Below, one piece after another: positions 13,860-27,096 of a stretch of 64,000 nt of DNA. The notes under the pieces were generated by a model. That model made no database searches. It was not told the origin of the DNA and saw nothing but the letters and a program-made list of their open reading frames with translations. Position 1 is the first letter of the stretch. The number at the start of each line of letters is the position of its first letter. The translations under genes were made by a program, and so were the position numbers. Source of the stretch: Octopus vulgaris (lineage: Eukaryota); NCBI GenBank assembly GCA_951406725.2, contig OX597820.1, positions 113,150,001 to 113,214,000 on the forward strand, written 5' to 3'.

Positions 13860-14925
13860 GAAATAAATGCTTAGTAAGGAAAGATGAGTTACTATTCGCG
13901 TTGAAGCTTAAAGTACATGGAATCACTGTGCAAGTCTACACTGAGTATGGAGGGAGATTGCGTGAAGCGATCTATTGCGTGTAACGGGAGAGTAAACAAT
14001 TTCCGAGACAATTTTCCAGCAAAACTATCAGACAACATATGTCTGATAGATATGGAGTATTTTAAGCTGTAAATAAGATTGTTAGATGTCATGTAGGAAA
14101 ATGGTGACCGAGTCCGGTAAGGAGGGTGTGTTGGAGAGGTAAGAGCAAGTGTAGTAGCAGGGTGAGAAAGAAGGTAAGATCTAGATTGAATGAAGTGAAT
14201 AAAGAAGGAGCTACAAACGAGTAAATCACATAGATTTCAGAGGAACTTAGGATGGGTAAGAGAATATCTGGGATGCGATAGTTAGGATTGGATAATTTTG
14301 AATGCACGTAGCGAGTATATACTGAAAGGAGGGCGGTTGATGAGAGAGAAAGCGCAAAAGGTAGTTGTGAGTGGGGTGGACGTGAGGGAGAGGGCAGAGA
14401 TGTGGTCAACTTCACGAACGCTGGGAGAATTCTTTTGACAAGGGTGGGTGGAAGCATCTATGTTGAGTGAAACGTGAGACTATGTACTGAGGTTGTTTCA
14501 AAATCATGCTCAATTCTACAGAGGCGGCAGAGGCAGAGAGATAGATTGTAAAAGGATGGAGTGGTATGTGTGCAGTGAAACGAGGAGAAGTCGAGGTAGA
14601 AATGTGAGTTATTGAATTTGTAAAAACGGAAATGATAAGTATGAGTAATAGGTGGCAAAAAGTATGAGAGACGTTAAGAAAGTTACCGGTAGTTGTGTCA
14701 GAAATAAAGGAGAATTGTATTGGAGTTGGAGTGAAACGACTTGAATGAGCAGATAGCAGTATTTATGTTGTTTGTATCGGAGAGGGATTTGCCGCCAATA
14801 CAGTCGTCAGTGTCGTGATCATATACCTCAAGGGTTGGTAAACTGTAATATGGGCCACAACAAAGCTAACCAACAGGATGACTTAGTTGGGGACCATTCT
14901 GGTGTGCATAGCCACTGAGAGAGAT
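13860..14925 (-). mobile_element. Old, degenerate Penelope-like element (RT C-terminal half plus GIY-YIG region)
   Basis: Decayed motifs colinear with the 19-22 kb element: VAMHTRMVPN (RT motif B), TDDCIGGKSLS (motif C), SHFYLDFSSFH, CRLC...HDFET, NLCDLLVCSSF, CYTCSYLSNT and TSNNLIY. Confidence 0.78.
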
Positions 14926-15208
14926 GAGTGAGAAAGTTTGTGTGTGTGGGGGCGGGGGGAGAAAGAGAGCGAGAGAGGGAAAGAGAGTAAGAGAGGGAGA
15001 GACAGAGAGACAGAGAGAAACAAGTTAACGGCTGAAAGAAGGAAAAAAGATTTTGACGAAACAAATTTATAACATTTCTGCACCTCACACTAACACACTC
15101 ATTCTACTACGACTCCATCAAAATCTTCAATGTCTTTAGGTCACTTCTTGACTCATCCTTTGTGTGTGTGTGTGTGTGTGCGTGCGCGCGCGCGTGAGGT
15201 GGGAGAGG

Positions 15209-15242
<34 letters not shown>

Positions 15243-15521
15243 AAAGGAGAAAGAGGGGTGGAGGAGAGAAAGAGGGGAGAGAGACAGAGAGAAAGAAAGA
15301 AAGAGCCACTGAAGAGAGCCATTGGAGCTTGGATATTTTTTCATGCATTATTTCGGGTTGAATCTGATTCTTTAGAAATGGTGACGTTATTTCAAAGACA
15401 AAATACATACCGATGCTTACAATCATAGATATATGGATGCATATGTCTATCTGTTTGTCTATCCATCCATTTATCCAGCCAGCCAGCCAGCCAGCTATCT
15501 ATCTTATCTATCGAACACACA

Positions 15522-15571
<50 letters not shown>

Positions 15572-15611
15572 TATATATACACATACAAACACACACATAC
15601 AAACACACACA

Positions 15612-16875
15612 CACAGAGAACTACGCTAATAGCTTAAGGAGTGAAATTTAGGATTTCTCGGTTTTCTGTGAATCGATTTTGATATAACTTTTCCCAATTA
15701 GTTTGCACACTATGGCAACGCTATTGTTATGTTTTCATAGGTACATAGGTACTCGATCAGATTAAGTCAGGGGAACAAAGTGGCCACTCCATCAAACGAC
15801 CTCCAGAGAAGCCTATTTGCTGCAGTTATTCCTTAGAATTCTTCGCTGCATGAGATGGACCATTATCTTGCATGAAGACTAGCTTTATCTTGAATGAAAG
15901 TTTTTGCTCTTTGAACCACGGTTGGAAATTGTCCTTTAAGAAGGTAACATATGTTTTCGATGTTATCTAGGGCTTTCATGCCCTGACCGTGATACCACAA
16001 ACGATGCCATCCCAAAACATGACCCCCTCCCCACTTCTCCCCTATTGGCGCCTCAAACTATGAGGATGGTTCCATCTGACTGATACCCAACCTTCACTCC
16101 AGCCACCTGGTCCGTCAAGGGTAGCACGACATTCGTCACTGAACAGAACTGTTGATAAATCTATCTTCATGTATTTTCTGTCCGTTTCAGTCTCTTCTGC
16201 TAAAAAACAGCCTTCAGACAGGGTCTTGCAACAGGTTTAACATTCCTGGATACCCGCTTCAAGAGGCGACACCTGGTTGTTTTCGATATGTCTTCCCTGC
16301 CACAACGTTTGAAGACTTCTCTACTTGTCAGACATGGGTTCTACACAACTTCCTTTTTCACACGTTACAAAGTACGATTCGAAGCAACCCTCGTCTTACC
16401 CACATCTGCCTCGACCAGACGGAAATAGGAGACTCTTTAAATTTCTTCACTGTTCAGTGATCTCTTCCCAGTATTTTCTACGGTTGTTTTTTCCCTTTCC
16501 AAGCTCCGACACGATGGTGCACTTCTAATTCGAGATGAGATCACGTTTCCGACCAATAATGAAACTTAAATTGGGCGCCTGCCTAGTAGTTTGGGACAGC
16601 AGAAATTTTGCTGTTACACGATAATGGCCGCCGTTTCTTTTCATCTGTGCAGAATGTGCACAAATAGGTGTTGCCAACAGTCAATGGGAAAACAACCGGT
16701 TTTGAACAAATACACATTTATTTATTGATTGATTTTATTTATCGGTTGATTTGCCTAATAATGTGGCACGCAGCGTAGTGTGTAAACCAGCTCGGAAAAG
16801 TCTTATCAAAATCGATTCGCAGAAAACCCAGAAATCCTACATTTCACTCCTAAGCTGTTAGCGTGGTTATGGGTA
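15612..16875 (-). mobile_element. Tc1-like DD37E (TRT-type) transposon, degenerate
   Basis: About 100-bp imperfect TIRs (~15612-15715, ~16770-16875). Motifs VLFSDECRATLDGPGGW, VMFWDGI and FMQDNGPSHAAK...WPLCSPDL(N)LIE give 37 residues between D and E after one frameshift correction. Confidence 0.85.
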
Positions 16876-16883
16876 TATATATT

Positions 16884-17039
16884 TTATTTCATTTGTTTCA
16901 GTTATCGCACTGCGGCCATGCCGGAGCACCACCTTAAGTCGAACAAATGGACCCCAGAACATATTCTTCGTAAGCCTAGTACTTATCGTATCGGTCTATT
17001 TTGCTGAACCGCCAAGCGATGGTTGCAGGGACAAACACA

Positions 17040-17099
<60 letters not shown>

Positions 17100-17252
17100 C
17101 GATAGGCTTCTTTTAGTTTCTGTCTACCAAATCCACTCACAAGGCTTTGGTTGGTCTGAGGCTATAGTAGAAGACGATGCCACGCACTGGGACTAAACCC
17201 AGAACCTTTTGATTGGTAAGCAAGCTACTTACCACACAGTCATTCCTGCGCC
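16884..17252 (-). mobile_element. tRNA-derived SINE family B (internal microsatellite)
   Basis: Minus-strand head ggcgcaggaatgactgtgtggtaag, body gtgagtggatttggtagac and tail cagcatggccgcag...gaaacaa-like. Confidence 0.85.
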
Positions 17253-17269
17253 TATATATATATATATAT

Positions 17270-17827
<558 letters not shown>

Positions 17828-18204
17828 TACATGCGCCAACGTATGTGTGTGTGTGTGCGCGTGGGCACGTATGCTTGTGTGTGTATGCTTATTATTGGAA
17901 AACTGGCATAGCTTAAATGAAAGTGAATTTTAGGAAAATGATATAATGAGTACCAGTCGGATATTGGGATCGATATGATCAGATCAGCATCTTGGAAGTC
18001 GTATTCTTGCATGGGTGCAGTCCAATAACAGAGACAGAAATAAGTGTAATTAAAGATAAATGCATATGACCGCACACGCAAATATCGAGTGCAGGCGCAG
18101 ACACACACGCACATACATGTACACACACACATTTACAAACATAGTTGCATATATGTTCGACGGATCCGGCGCCTTTCGTGGAAGCTTTCACCCGCTTCTT
18201 AGGA

Positions 18205-18226
18205 CCGCCGTCGAAAGAAGCCCGTC

Positions 18227-18267
<41 letters not shown>

Positions 18268-18475
18268 TGTATATATATATATGTGTGTGTGTGTGTTTGT
18301 CCCCCGCTGCTGGTGTGTTTACGTCCCCGTAACTTGGCGGTTCGGCAAAAGAGGCCGATAGAATAAGTACTAGGCTTACAAAGAATACCTCCTGGGGGTT
18401 AATTTCCTCGACTAAAGGCGGTGCTCCAGCATGGCCGCAGTCAAATGACTGAAACAAGTAAAACGAGAAAGAGAA
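18205..18475 (+). mobile_element. SINE family B, 3' half
   Basis: gaagcccgtcgtatata...gcggttcggcaaaagag...cagcatggccgcagtcaaatgactgaaacaagtaaa. Confidence 0.85.
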
Positions 18476-18757
18476 AAGAGTATATATTGTATATCTATGC
18501 GTGTGTGTTTTATATATGCATGCATGTGCGTGTCTATCTTTCGCATGAAGCAAGCTGTAGCGAAGTAGAGTAATCACGTAATTCTTACATAATTGCTATG
18601 GTGATGTTGAATACGTTCAGTCGGTGTGTGTCTATATGACAATATATATTTTTGTTTGGTCAGATTTTTTTCTTTATTTCCCTTGTTAATATTTTTTATA
18701 AATTTCTATGTATGTATGTATACACACGCGCACACACATATAAATAGAAGCATTAAG

Positions 18758-19022
18758 TTTATCACGTGATCACGTGACCGACCAGGCTATCAGATGTTGT
18801 TACACATCGCTGTTCACAATGCGTTCGCATTGTTTTTTTAGCCTTCGAATGACGCCACCCCGCTGGCTAAGCGAGCAGGCCAACAGAAGAAAGAGTGGTG
18901 AAGGAGTACAGCAGGGATCACCACCCCCTGCCGGAGACTCGTGGAGCTTTTAGGTGTTTTCGCTCAATAAACACACACAACGCCTGGGAATCGAAACCGC
19001 GATCCTGCGACCGCGAGTCCGC
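18758..19022 (-). mobile_element. SINE family C variant, head truncated at the Penelope insertion
   Basis: 18890-19022 matches 43010-43147 (gagtacagcagggat...ggaatcgaaaccgcgatcct). The tail differs. Confidence 0.75.
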
Positions 19023-19127
19023 CTTTTTTTGCGCCTTTTTTTTTTATCTAGTTTTTTCATACGATTATTTTTTTGTTGTTTTTTTTTCGAACGTTTGTTT
19101 TTGCCCCTTTTTTCTCGCTATCCCATC

Positions 19128-21438
19128 ATGCCTGATTATAGGTCCTACCTCATCACTATCCATCATCGTTTGAAGGATCACCTCCGCCCCCTCCCCTTAA
19201 ACTGTTTTCAGCTGTCCATTAATCTCTCTCTACTTCTTTTTAAAAAAACCCGCTTCTCTAGCCATGTCTCTTTCCTAAGCCGCTGCCTACATCACCGACT
19301 CATCCCTAAAGGTTTCCGCCTCCACTTCCACCCTGCTCTCCACTCGGATTCTTCCATCTTACCCATACTCCGCACCACATCTTACCGCCTTATGCGGGCC
19401 ACCATTCGCTCCAATCTCTCTAAACTACATACCATCAATCGCCTTCTTCCTCCTGCTTTCTCCACATTTTTCTCCTCTCTGCCGCCTTTCTATACTCCAA
19501 ACACGCTACGCTTCATTATCCATTTGAATCACCTCTTCCATCAATTTCTTTCCGATACCAAACTTCGTAAACTCCAATCACTCCTCCATTCCACCACACC
19601 CGACGCCACCACCCCAACTCCTTCACTACCCTTTTCCCCTCCCGATAGGCTCCATCCACTCTAACCGCTCTGCCCCTCCCAACAACCCCTTCTCCCCTCT
19701 TGATAGGCTCCATCCACCTACACCTAACTCTACTGTCCCTCCCAACCACCCCACACACACCTCCCCAATCCCTCCCCCTCAGACCTCCACGAGCCCTACC
19801 ACCCCTCCTACTTCTATTCCACCCACCCCTTCTCCACTTCCGTCTGTTGTTACCATTCCCCCCGATCTTCCCCTCTCTGCGGCGGAACGCTCCGTCCTTA
19901 GAAGGGGTCTGCGTTTCATCCCCCTCACTCCATCCTGTAAGGAATTCCAGACGCGAGTTGGTGTCCACAGCTTTGTGTGCCGCGTCCGGTTGGGTGCGCA
20001 TTACCACGACTCACCACCCACATCCAACGAAGAGGACTGCTTCACTGACCTGGGCCGCCGACCATCCCTGTGGACGCCTGCCCCCGGCCAGTTCCTAGCA
20101 GTGGATCTTTTCGCGGGCGCTTGTCAGCGTGCATTGGAGCGGTTCAACTTCTCCAGACGCCAACGCCGCCTCAACATCTCCCCGGCTGAGCTCTCGGCTC
20201 TTCGTTCCCTCCAACGGCGCGCTGACATTATCATCAAACCGGCTGACAAGGGTGGAGCTGTAGTGGTGTGGCGCGCGGACCTCTACAGGGCCGAGGCTTT
20301 CCGCCAACTCAATGACACCTCCTTCTACTCCCCTCTGTCCTCTAACCCCACACGTAGCTACCAACAGACGGTATCCTCTACTGTCCGCGACATTATCGGT
20401 GCCACCTCACTCTCCCGTGAACATCTAGATTCCTTCCTCTCTTTCGTTCAATCTTTCCATCCAGCCCTCCACTTCACTTCCACTATCTCCAACACCTCTG
20501 TCTCCTTCCTCGACATTTCGGTTAGCATTCTTCACTCCACTCTTACCACCTCCATTCACTACAAACACACAGACTCACACTCATACCTCAACTTCTCTTC
20601 CTCCCACCCAGAACACACCAAGCTTTCCATCCCCTATTCCCAATTCCTCCGTCTACGTAGGCTCTGTAGTGACGACCATGGCTTTGAGACTCAGTCTCAA
20701 CGTATGGCTCACCACTTCATCCTACGTGGATACCCCCTCACCACTATCCACACCGCCCTTGCCAGAGCACGTTCCGTGGACCGTGTATCTGCTCTCTCTC
20801 CCCGAACCGCCCTCTCCCCTCCCCTCACTTACCACCCCACGACCCTACCTCTCCAACGCACTATTCTTCGAGCTTTCCGTCATCTCCAGTCCGACCCGTC
20901 CACTTCACACCTCTTCCCTAACCGACCCCTCCCCTCTTTCAAACGAGCCCATAACCTTCGAGACCTTTTGGTCCATAGCTCCTTCCCTGACCCTACCTCC
21001 CAACCTGGCTCGTTCCCCTGCTCCCGCCCACGTTGCCGCACTTGCCCTTACCTCTCCAACACCACCCTCCTCACTGGCACCCATCATCGACCCTATCGCA
21101 TCATCAACTCCTTCACCTGCACCTCCAGCAATATTATCTATTGCGTCTCTTGCTCTCTCTGCCATTCCCTGTACATCGGACAAACGGGACGCCGCTTGGC
21201 TGACCGGTTCGCGGAACACCTTCGTGACATCCGCCTTGCGAATGACACACCGGTCTCACGCCATTTCCGCTCCACCGGTCACTCCTTGCAACACCTGTCT
21301 GTGTTCGGTTTGTCCTTACACAGAGGCCATCCGGATTCCCGTTTGCGCTGTGAACAGGAATTAATCTTCTCTCTTCGCTTCTATACGCCATTTGGTCTCA
21401 ACTCTCCCCCTCTTCATCTAACCTCCCTCTTCATCTAA
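19128..21438 (+). pseudogene. PLE RT/GIY-YIG endonuclease ORF, interrupted (stop at 19664, frameshift, RT core deleted)
   Basis: N-terminal HVSFLSRC..HRLIPKGF; IIIKPADKGGAVVV; SFLDISV, HYKHTDSHSYL, SIPYSQFLRLRRLCS; CSRPRCRTC, FTCTSSNIIYC..C..C..LYIGQTGRRLADRFAEH (GIY-YIG) and GLN. Confidence 0.9.
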
Positions 21439-22026
21439 CCCCCCTCTCCCCCCTCCTCATCTAACCTCCCCCCCGACCCCTACTTCTCTTCAGTCCTTCA
21501 TCCTTTCACACTACTCCTCTTCCCTTCTTCCCTCTTTCTCCCTCCCTCCTTCTTCCCTCTTCCCCTTCCCTCTGCTCCCTCACTCCCTTTCTCTCTCTCT
21601 CTCTCCCTCTTTCCTCCCTCCTCCTCTCTCCTCCTCTCCTTCCTTCTCCCCCTCCTCTTCTCCTCTCCTTCCTTCTCCCCTTCCCCTTCCCCCTCCTCTT
21701 CTCCCCTTTCCTTCTCCCCTCTTTTCCCCTTTCTTTCCCCCTCACCCTTACCTCCCCCTCCCCCCTCTTCTCCTCTCTCTACACTACACCATACGACTTT
21801 ACACATCACATCATATATACATACACACACACACACTCTTCTCATACACACACACACACTCTTATGTTGGAGTAAGGTCATTCAACCCTATTATCTCCCC
21901 TAATTTCGCTCTGGCGTCTCATGTTTGATCTTTGACTTCTGGCCGAAATCAGATCGCCATGTTGATTCGCTAGTTTCTGCACGCAAATTTTTTTCTCTCC
22001 TTCTTTCTGTGTTTTTTCTCTGTGTA

Positions 22027-22064
22027 TCTTTCTGTTGAAGAGCGTAGGCTCGAAACGTTAAAGA
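22027..22064 (+). ncRNA. Minimal type I hammerhead-like motif (CUGUUGA core variant) in PLE pseudo-LTR
   Basis: tcttt CTGTTGA a gagc gtag gctc GAAA cgtt aaaga: stem I tcttt/aaaga, stem II gagc/gctc, palindromic ACGT stem III. Confidence 0.7.
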
Positions 22065-22161
22065 CTTGTTTTATTTATATTTCCTGAGCGCCATACTAAT
22101 ACAATTGTTTGTTTGTATTCCACCTGCCTTCGTCTTTTGTCTATTTTCATAAAGCTTCCCG

Positions 22162-22540
<379 letters not shown>

Positions 22541-23964
22541 TTTCAATATATAAAATCCGTTCTGTCTGTCTGACTGTGCGCTTATAACTCGAGTGTTGTT
22601 CATTCGATCGCGCTGAAATTTTAAACATGGATACATGAGAAGATTTTCATATTGTTAGTTTCAAAGTGAGAATCGCTAATTTTGGAATCTTTATGTACTG
22701 TTTGTTCCGCCATTAAAACAACTAGTTGCTCAGACAGCCAGCACAAACCATTTCGCTAGCAACAAAGGGAGTACAGGATGACAGTCAGCCCAAACTGTCG
22801 CTATGCTGACTCTCTTCATTCCTCTCTCTGTGGCGTTAATAATCTTAATCGTTAGTTACAGTTTCTCATTCAAACTACATAATAGGCAGAATTGTCGGAT
22901 TAAGACAGTAGAGTTTTTTTAGGGACGAGATTTGGTTGCTATTTCTACCAGGTCTTGCTACCACGTAGAGGTCCACTCATTGGCTTATACATACATATGT
23001 ATATATAATATAAATAAAATACTTAAAGCAACAGGCGTCATATACAAAAGCCAAGGTCCATGCAGTGTCAGGGGCCAAAAAAATTTTCAACTTCTTGCCT
23101 AATGCGAGCCCAGAGCAATCTGTTATCTCTTACACTATTTCAGTATTACGTCTGTATTGTTATGTGAGATACTGTCCTATATATTATATATTCCTTATGC
23201 TTTCCAAAACCGGGTTACAGATTTTGACATATGGGGTATCAAAAGATTCAGTACTATTTTGGCTACAAATTAAACGCAATTTCCATTCACATATTTGCAT
23301 TTCAAAAAAGTAAAATAATCTTTTCCATAAGTCAACTATCGTAAAAATTTTATACGATGACGTCACATTTTCTATATGTGTGTGTACCTTAAAAGACATC
23401 GATCATCACGACACACATCTTCACTCACTCACTCTATCTCTCTTTCTCACCCTCTTTCTCTTTCACATACACACGCGCAAGCACGCACGCACATCACACA
23501 CACGCACACACACACACATAAACACACACGTCCATTTCATATAGACGTTCTTTTTGCTTTCTCTTCTTTCAATTTCTGCTCTCTTCAAATAAAATTTTTA
23601 CGGATACAACTGCTTACAAAAATAAGGATTAATGTATAATTTCTTTCTATGTTCATAATTTTTTGTTTACAATATTGTGGAAAATATTCCACCAAAGAAA
23701 AGATGAAATCTCTCCAGAAACAAGTATAAAGCAAGGAGGATTGTAGATAACCAAAGGCGAGAGTCTAAAGAGGGAAGCGAGATGAGATTTTCTCAAGATC
23801 AGCAAAAGCATGTTGCAGCACTTAATGCTGGATCATTAAATCAATGTTTTAATTAGACAGAGGCCCAATAGAATAGCTCTCAGACACACACTATGTCCAA
23901 ATTCGTTCTTTACAACTCCTGAAGCTGTTTTCAGATATGATCCCTCCCATTCTTATAAAAATAA

Positions 23965-25976
23965 TCCCCGGAATCCCTGGGTGCATAGAACACGCATTTT
24001 CCATCTGGGAAGCCATCACCTGTGCAAAACAAATGAAAAAAAACCTATATATTGTTTGGCTAGATCTTGCCAATGCTTAGGAATCTGTTCCGCACGCAAT
24101 AATAAAAACAACGATGGACTTCTTTTGGATTCCAAAAGATGTTCAACGAATGCTCATGTCGTACTACGACAACCTGAGGATGAGATTTACAGCAGGAAAG
24201 TTCACAACGGAGTGGCAACGGCTTGAAATAGGTATTGCAACCGGATGCACGATATCAGTCATCTTATTCGTGCTAGTCTTGGAAATGCTGCTCAAATCTA
24301 CAACCTGTGAGAAAGCTGTTGCAAAGACACCATTAAGGGCTTTTATGGACGACGTAACTATATTATCGGAAAGTAGAGAAGCAGCAGAGGGAACGTTAGA
24401 GCGGTTGCCCGAACTGATAGGATGGGCAAGGATGAAATTCAAAGCCAAAAAATCTCGAAGCGTGGCTTTCGTGAAAGGAAGGCAAGAAGTGAAATTCAGG
24501 ATAGGAAGTGAAGACATACCAACGGTGAAAGAACAACCAGTAAAGAGTCTCGGCAGATGGTATAGAGATTTATTAAATGATAAGAAGCAAGGGAAAGAAA
24601 CACACGAGTTAGTAGAACAAGGATTAAAGGCAATTGACAGAACAACGCTGCCGGGAAAATTCAAATGTTGGATACTGCAATTTGGGCTGTACCCAAGAAT
24701 AATGTGGCCATTGCAAATGTATGAAATAGCCTCGAGTAGAGTAGAAAGGATGGAGCAAAGATGCAGTGTGTTTATCAGAGAATGGCTTGGTCTGCTGAAA
24801 CCACTGAATACAACTGCACTATATGGTAAACCCGTGCTGCAACTACCAATAACATCAATCGCCGAAGAATATAAGGCAAGAAAGGCAAGGACAGTAATGA
24901 TGCTAAGGTATTCAAAAGATCAGAGCATCCGGGAAAACCCTCCAAAGGTACGAACAGGGAGGAAATGGAAGGCGGAAGAGGCAATAAACAGGGCGATCGG
25001 AAAACTAAAGCATGCAGATATAGTCGGAGCGACGCAAGAAGCTAGAACCGGCCTAGGGTCGCAAAATTTCAGGCCATTTTGCAAGAGCAGTGTAAAAGAG
25101 ATGAAAGAGGCAGTTGTATACGAAGTGAGAAAGGAGGAAGAAGACAGGCGAAATGTACATTTGGTGCAATGCAGTCATCAGGTACAGTGCCTGAGATGGG
25201 AGGAATATGTGATCAGCCGCAGAATATCATGGAAGGAACTTTGGGCTTGGGAACAAGCAAGTGCATCCTTCCTGATCAAGTCTACCTTCGACGTTCACCG
25301 GCGAACTTAGTCCGGTGGAACATAAACAAAACCAATGAGTGTAGATGCGGAGAGAAAGCGACGGTTAGACATATTCTGTCAGGTTGCAGACTAGCACTCG
25401 AAAGATATACATGGCGGCATAATCAAGTCCTCGGTGTCATAAGCGCAGCACTCAACAAGAAGATCGAGAGGTACAATAGGGGAGAGTACCCAAAAGCGCA
25501 GGAAAGTATACTTCCACAAGGAGGGAAAAGGTTATAAAACCAGGCCTACAAGTAAAGTATACGAGATAGACGAAAGATGGAAAGGATACTGGGAGGTGGC
25601 CACGGACTTGGAAAGACAAATAGTATTTCCACTAATAAAAACAACAAAAGGACCGGATTTAGTTCTATGGAACAGAGACCGGAGAATGGGCATTTTACTA
25701 GAACTGACAGTACCTTGGGAAGAGAACATCGGCAACGCAGAGGAACGAAAGGAGAAGAGGTATGAAAAGCTAATCGAAGAATGCAGAGAACAGGGATGGA
25801 ATGAAGAATATTATCACCTGGCAGTGGGGGCTAGAGGCGTCATTGAAAAGAAAATGACAACGCTTTTCAAAAGAAGATTTGTTTTTTCTAGCCCCGAGCT
25901 GCGTAAACTAATAAGGAGAGTACAGGACGCGGTCGAAAAAGCCAGCTTCTATATATGGCTGAAGCGGGAAGACTGA
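23965..25976 (+). pseudogene. Hero RT-ZnK-RLE polyprotein remnant (ORF pieces 24114-25310, 25079-25537, 25596-25976)
   Basis: Three frameshifted segments with colinear RT, zinc-knuckle and endonuclease motifs. Confidence 0.88.
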
Positions 25977-26448
25977 AAATGGCTTGAAAGTCATAAACAC
26001 GCCGACGGGAAATAACATCATTAGGTGAGACAAGCTGACTGATCAGCTTCGCTGACTGACAGGTGATGGTCATTTAGAAAAAGCGCGGGCTAAAACTACG
26101 CGCCTTCACTAGTCAGTTAAGGTGAGATAGTGTCACGTGACAACTTACTGGGGCTGCCTGCTGGAGCCTATGCGGCAGGTATTTAAACGGAGAAATTTGA
26201 CAAGATAGTCAGTCACCGGCTGACACTCGCTGACGATACATCGAAGAGGCCAGGGAACAGAAGAAAGAAGACATGCACCCAACACCAGAGCTGAAGACAC
26301 CTCCGAAGGGGGGGGGGGCGCCACGTCAAAACGGTAGAGGAGTAGGGGCCGAAACCGGACGTGGTTCCTCCTGATGATGTCTTGAGCTAACTGGATCCTA
26401 TAAAGGAGCTGTTGTGGTAGCAGCCTACGAAACACGGTTGTAATTCCT
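23965..26448 (+). mobile_element. Hero-clade (R2 group, RLE) non-LTR retrotransposon, 5'-truncated
   Basis: PGCIEH, VWLDLANA*ESVPH, GIATGCTISVILF, FMDD, CCHC knuckle CRCGEKATVRHILSGC, YTWRHNQVL and RLE PDLVLW...LELTVPWEE..K..RY. Flanked by AATAA at 23960-23964 and 26449-26453. Confidence 0.88.
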
Positions 26449-27096
26449 AATAACTCTGTCTAAATTGGTGTGCTAAACACAAATTGTCATTTCTGTAGAG
26501 CTTTAAAATTTTCAGATGAAACAAATGGTATGTGCTGCTCAGGCGGTCAGGTAACATTGTCAGCACTACGAGCTCTTTGTCAACCTCTTATGTATCTTCT
26601 AGAAGGCATTTCCATCCAGTCAAAGGATTTTCTGAACAATATCAGACAATACAACTCTGCAAATGACATCGTTTGGAGCATCTAAGAAGACAGATAAACA
26701 TGAATTTGCGCCGACGTCAAAGTTCAAGAGCAAAGTTCAAGAGTAACAGGGAACCTCATTGGTTCCCTGTTACTCACAAATGAACAACCACAGTTCCTCC
26801 AAATTTACTTTATGAGTGATGTAGGACAACAAAGCCGAAGGAGGTGTCAACATTTCAGATGATGGGTCATGTTAGACACAGCGCCGACTGCTGCAAAAGA
26901 AAGTATATCCACTGACAGCTTCTCGGTGCATTCAAAAATCACACAACCCCCACAGTTTAGAGTCTGAAATACTCCAAACGGACGCATAGCATGTTGCTTA
27001 GTCGAATTAGCCCATCATTTACTCCACAAATGTTTTGTTGTCAATGCTACACTTTCCCATATCACCTGTTTCAACATAACTGTAATATATTATATA

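Larger units (their letters stand above)
19023..22162 (+). mobile_element. Penelope-like retroelement (PLE) with internal RT deletion and 3' pseudo-LTR
   Basis: Contains a PLE-type ORF, a pyrimidine-rich 3' region, and a terminal ~210-bp unit with a hammerhead-like motif ending at a (TA)n tract. Confidence 0.88.

Noticed and set aside
21498-21881. Glu/Gly/Arg-rich ORF on the minus strand
   Set aside because: Antisense reading of the pyrimidine-rich 3' region of the Penelope element.
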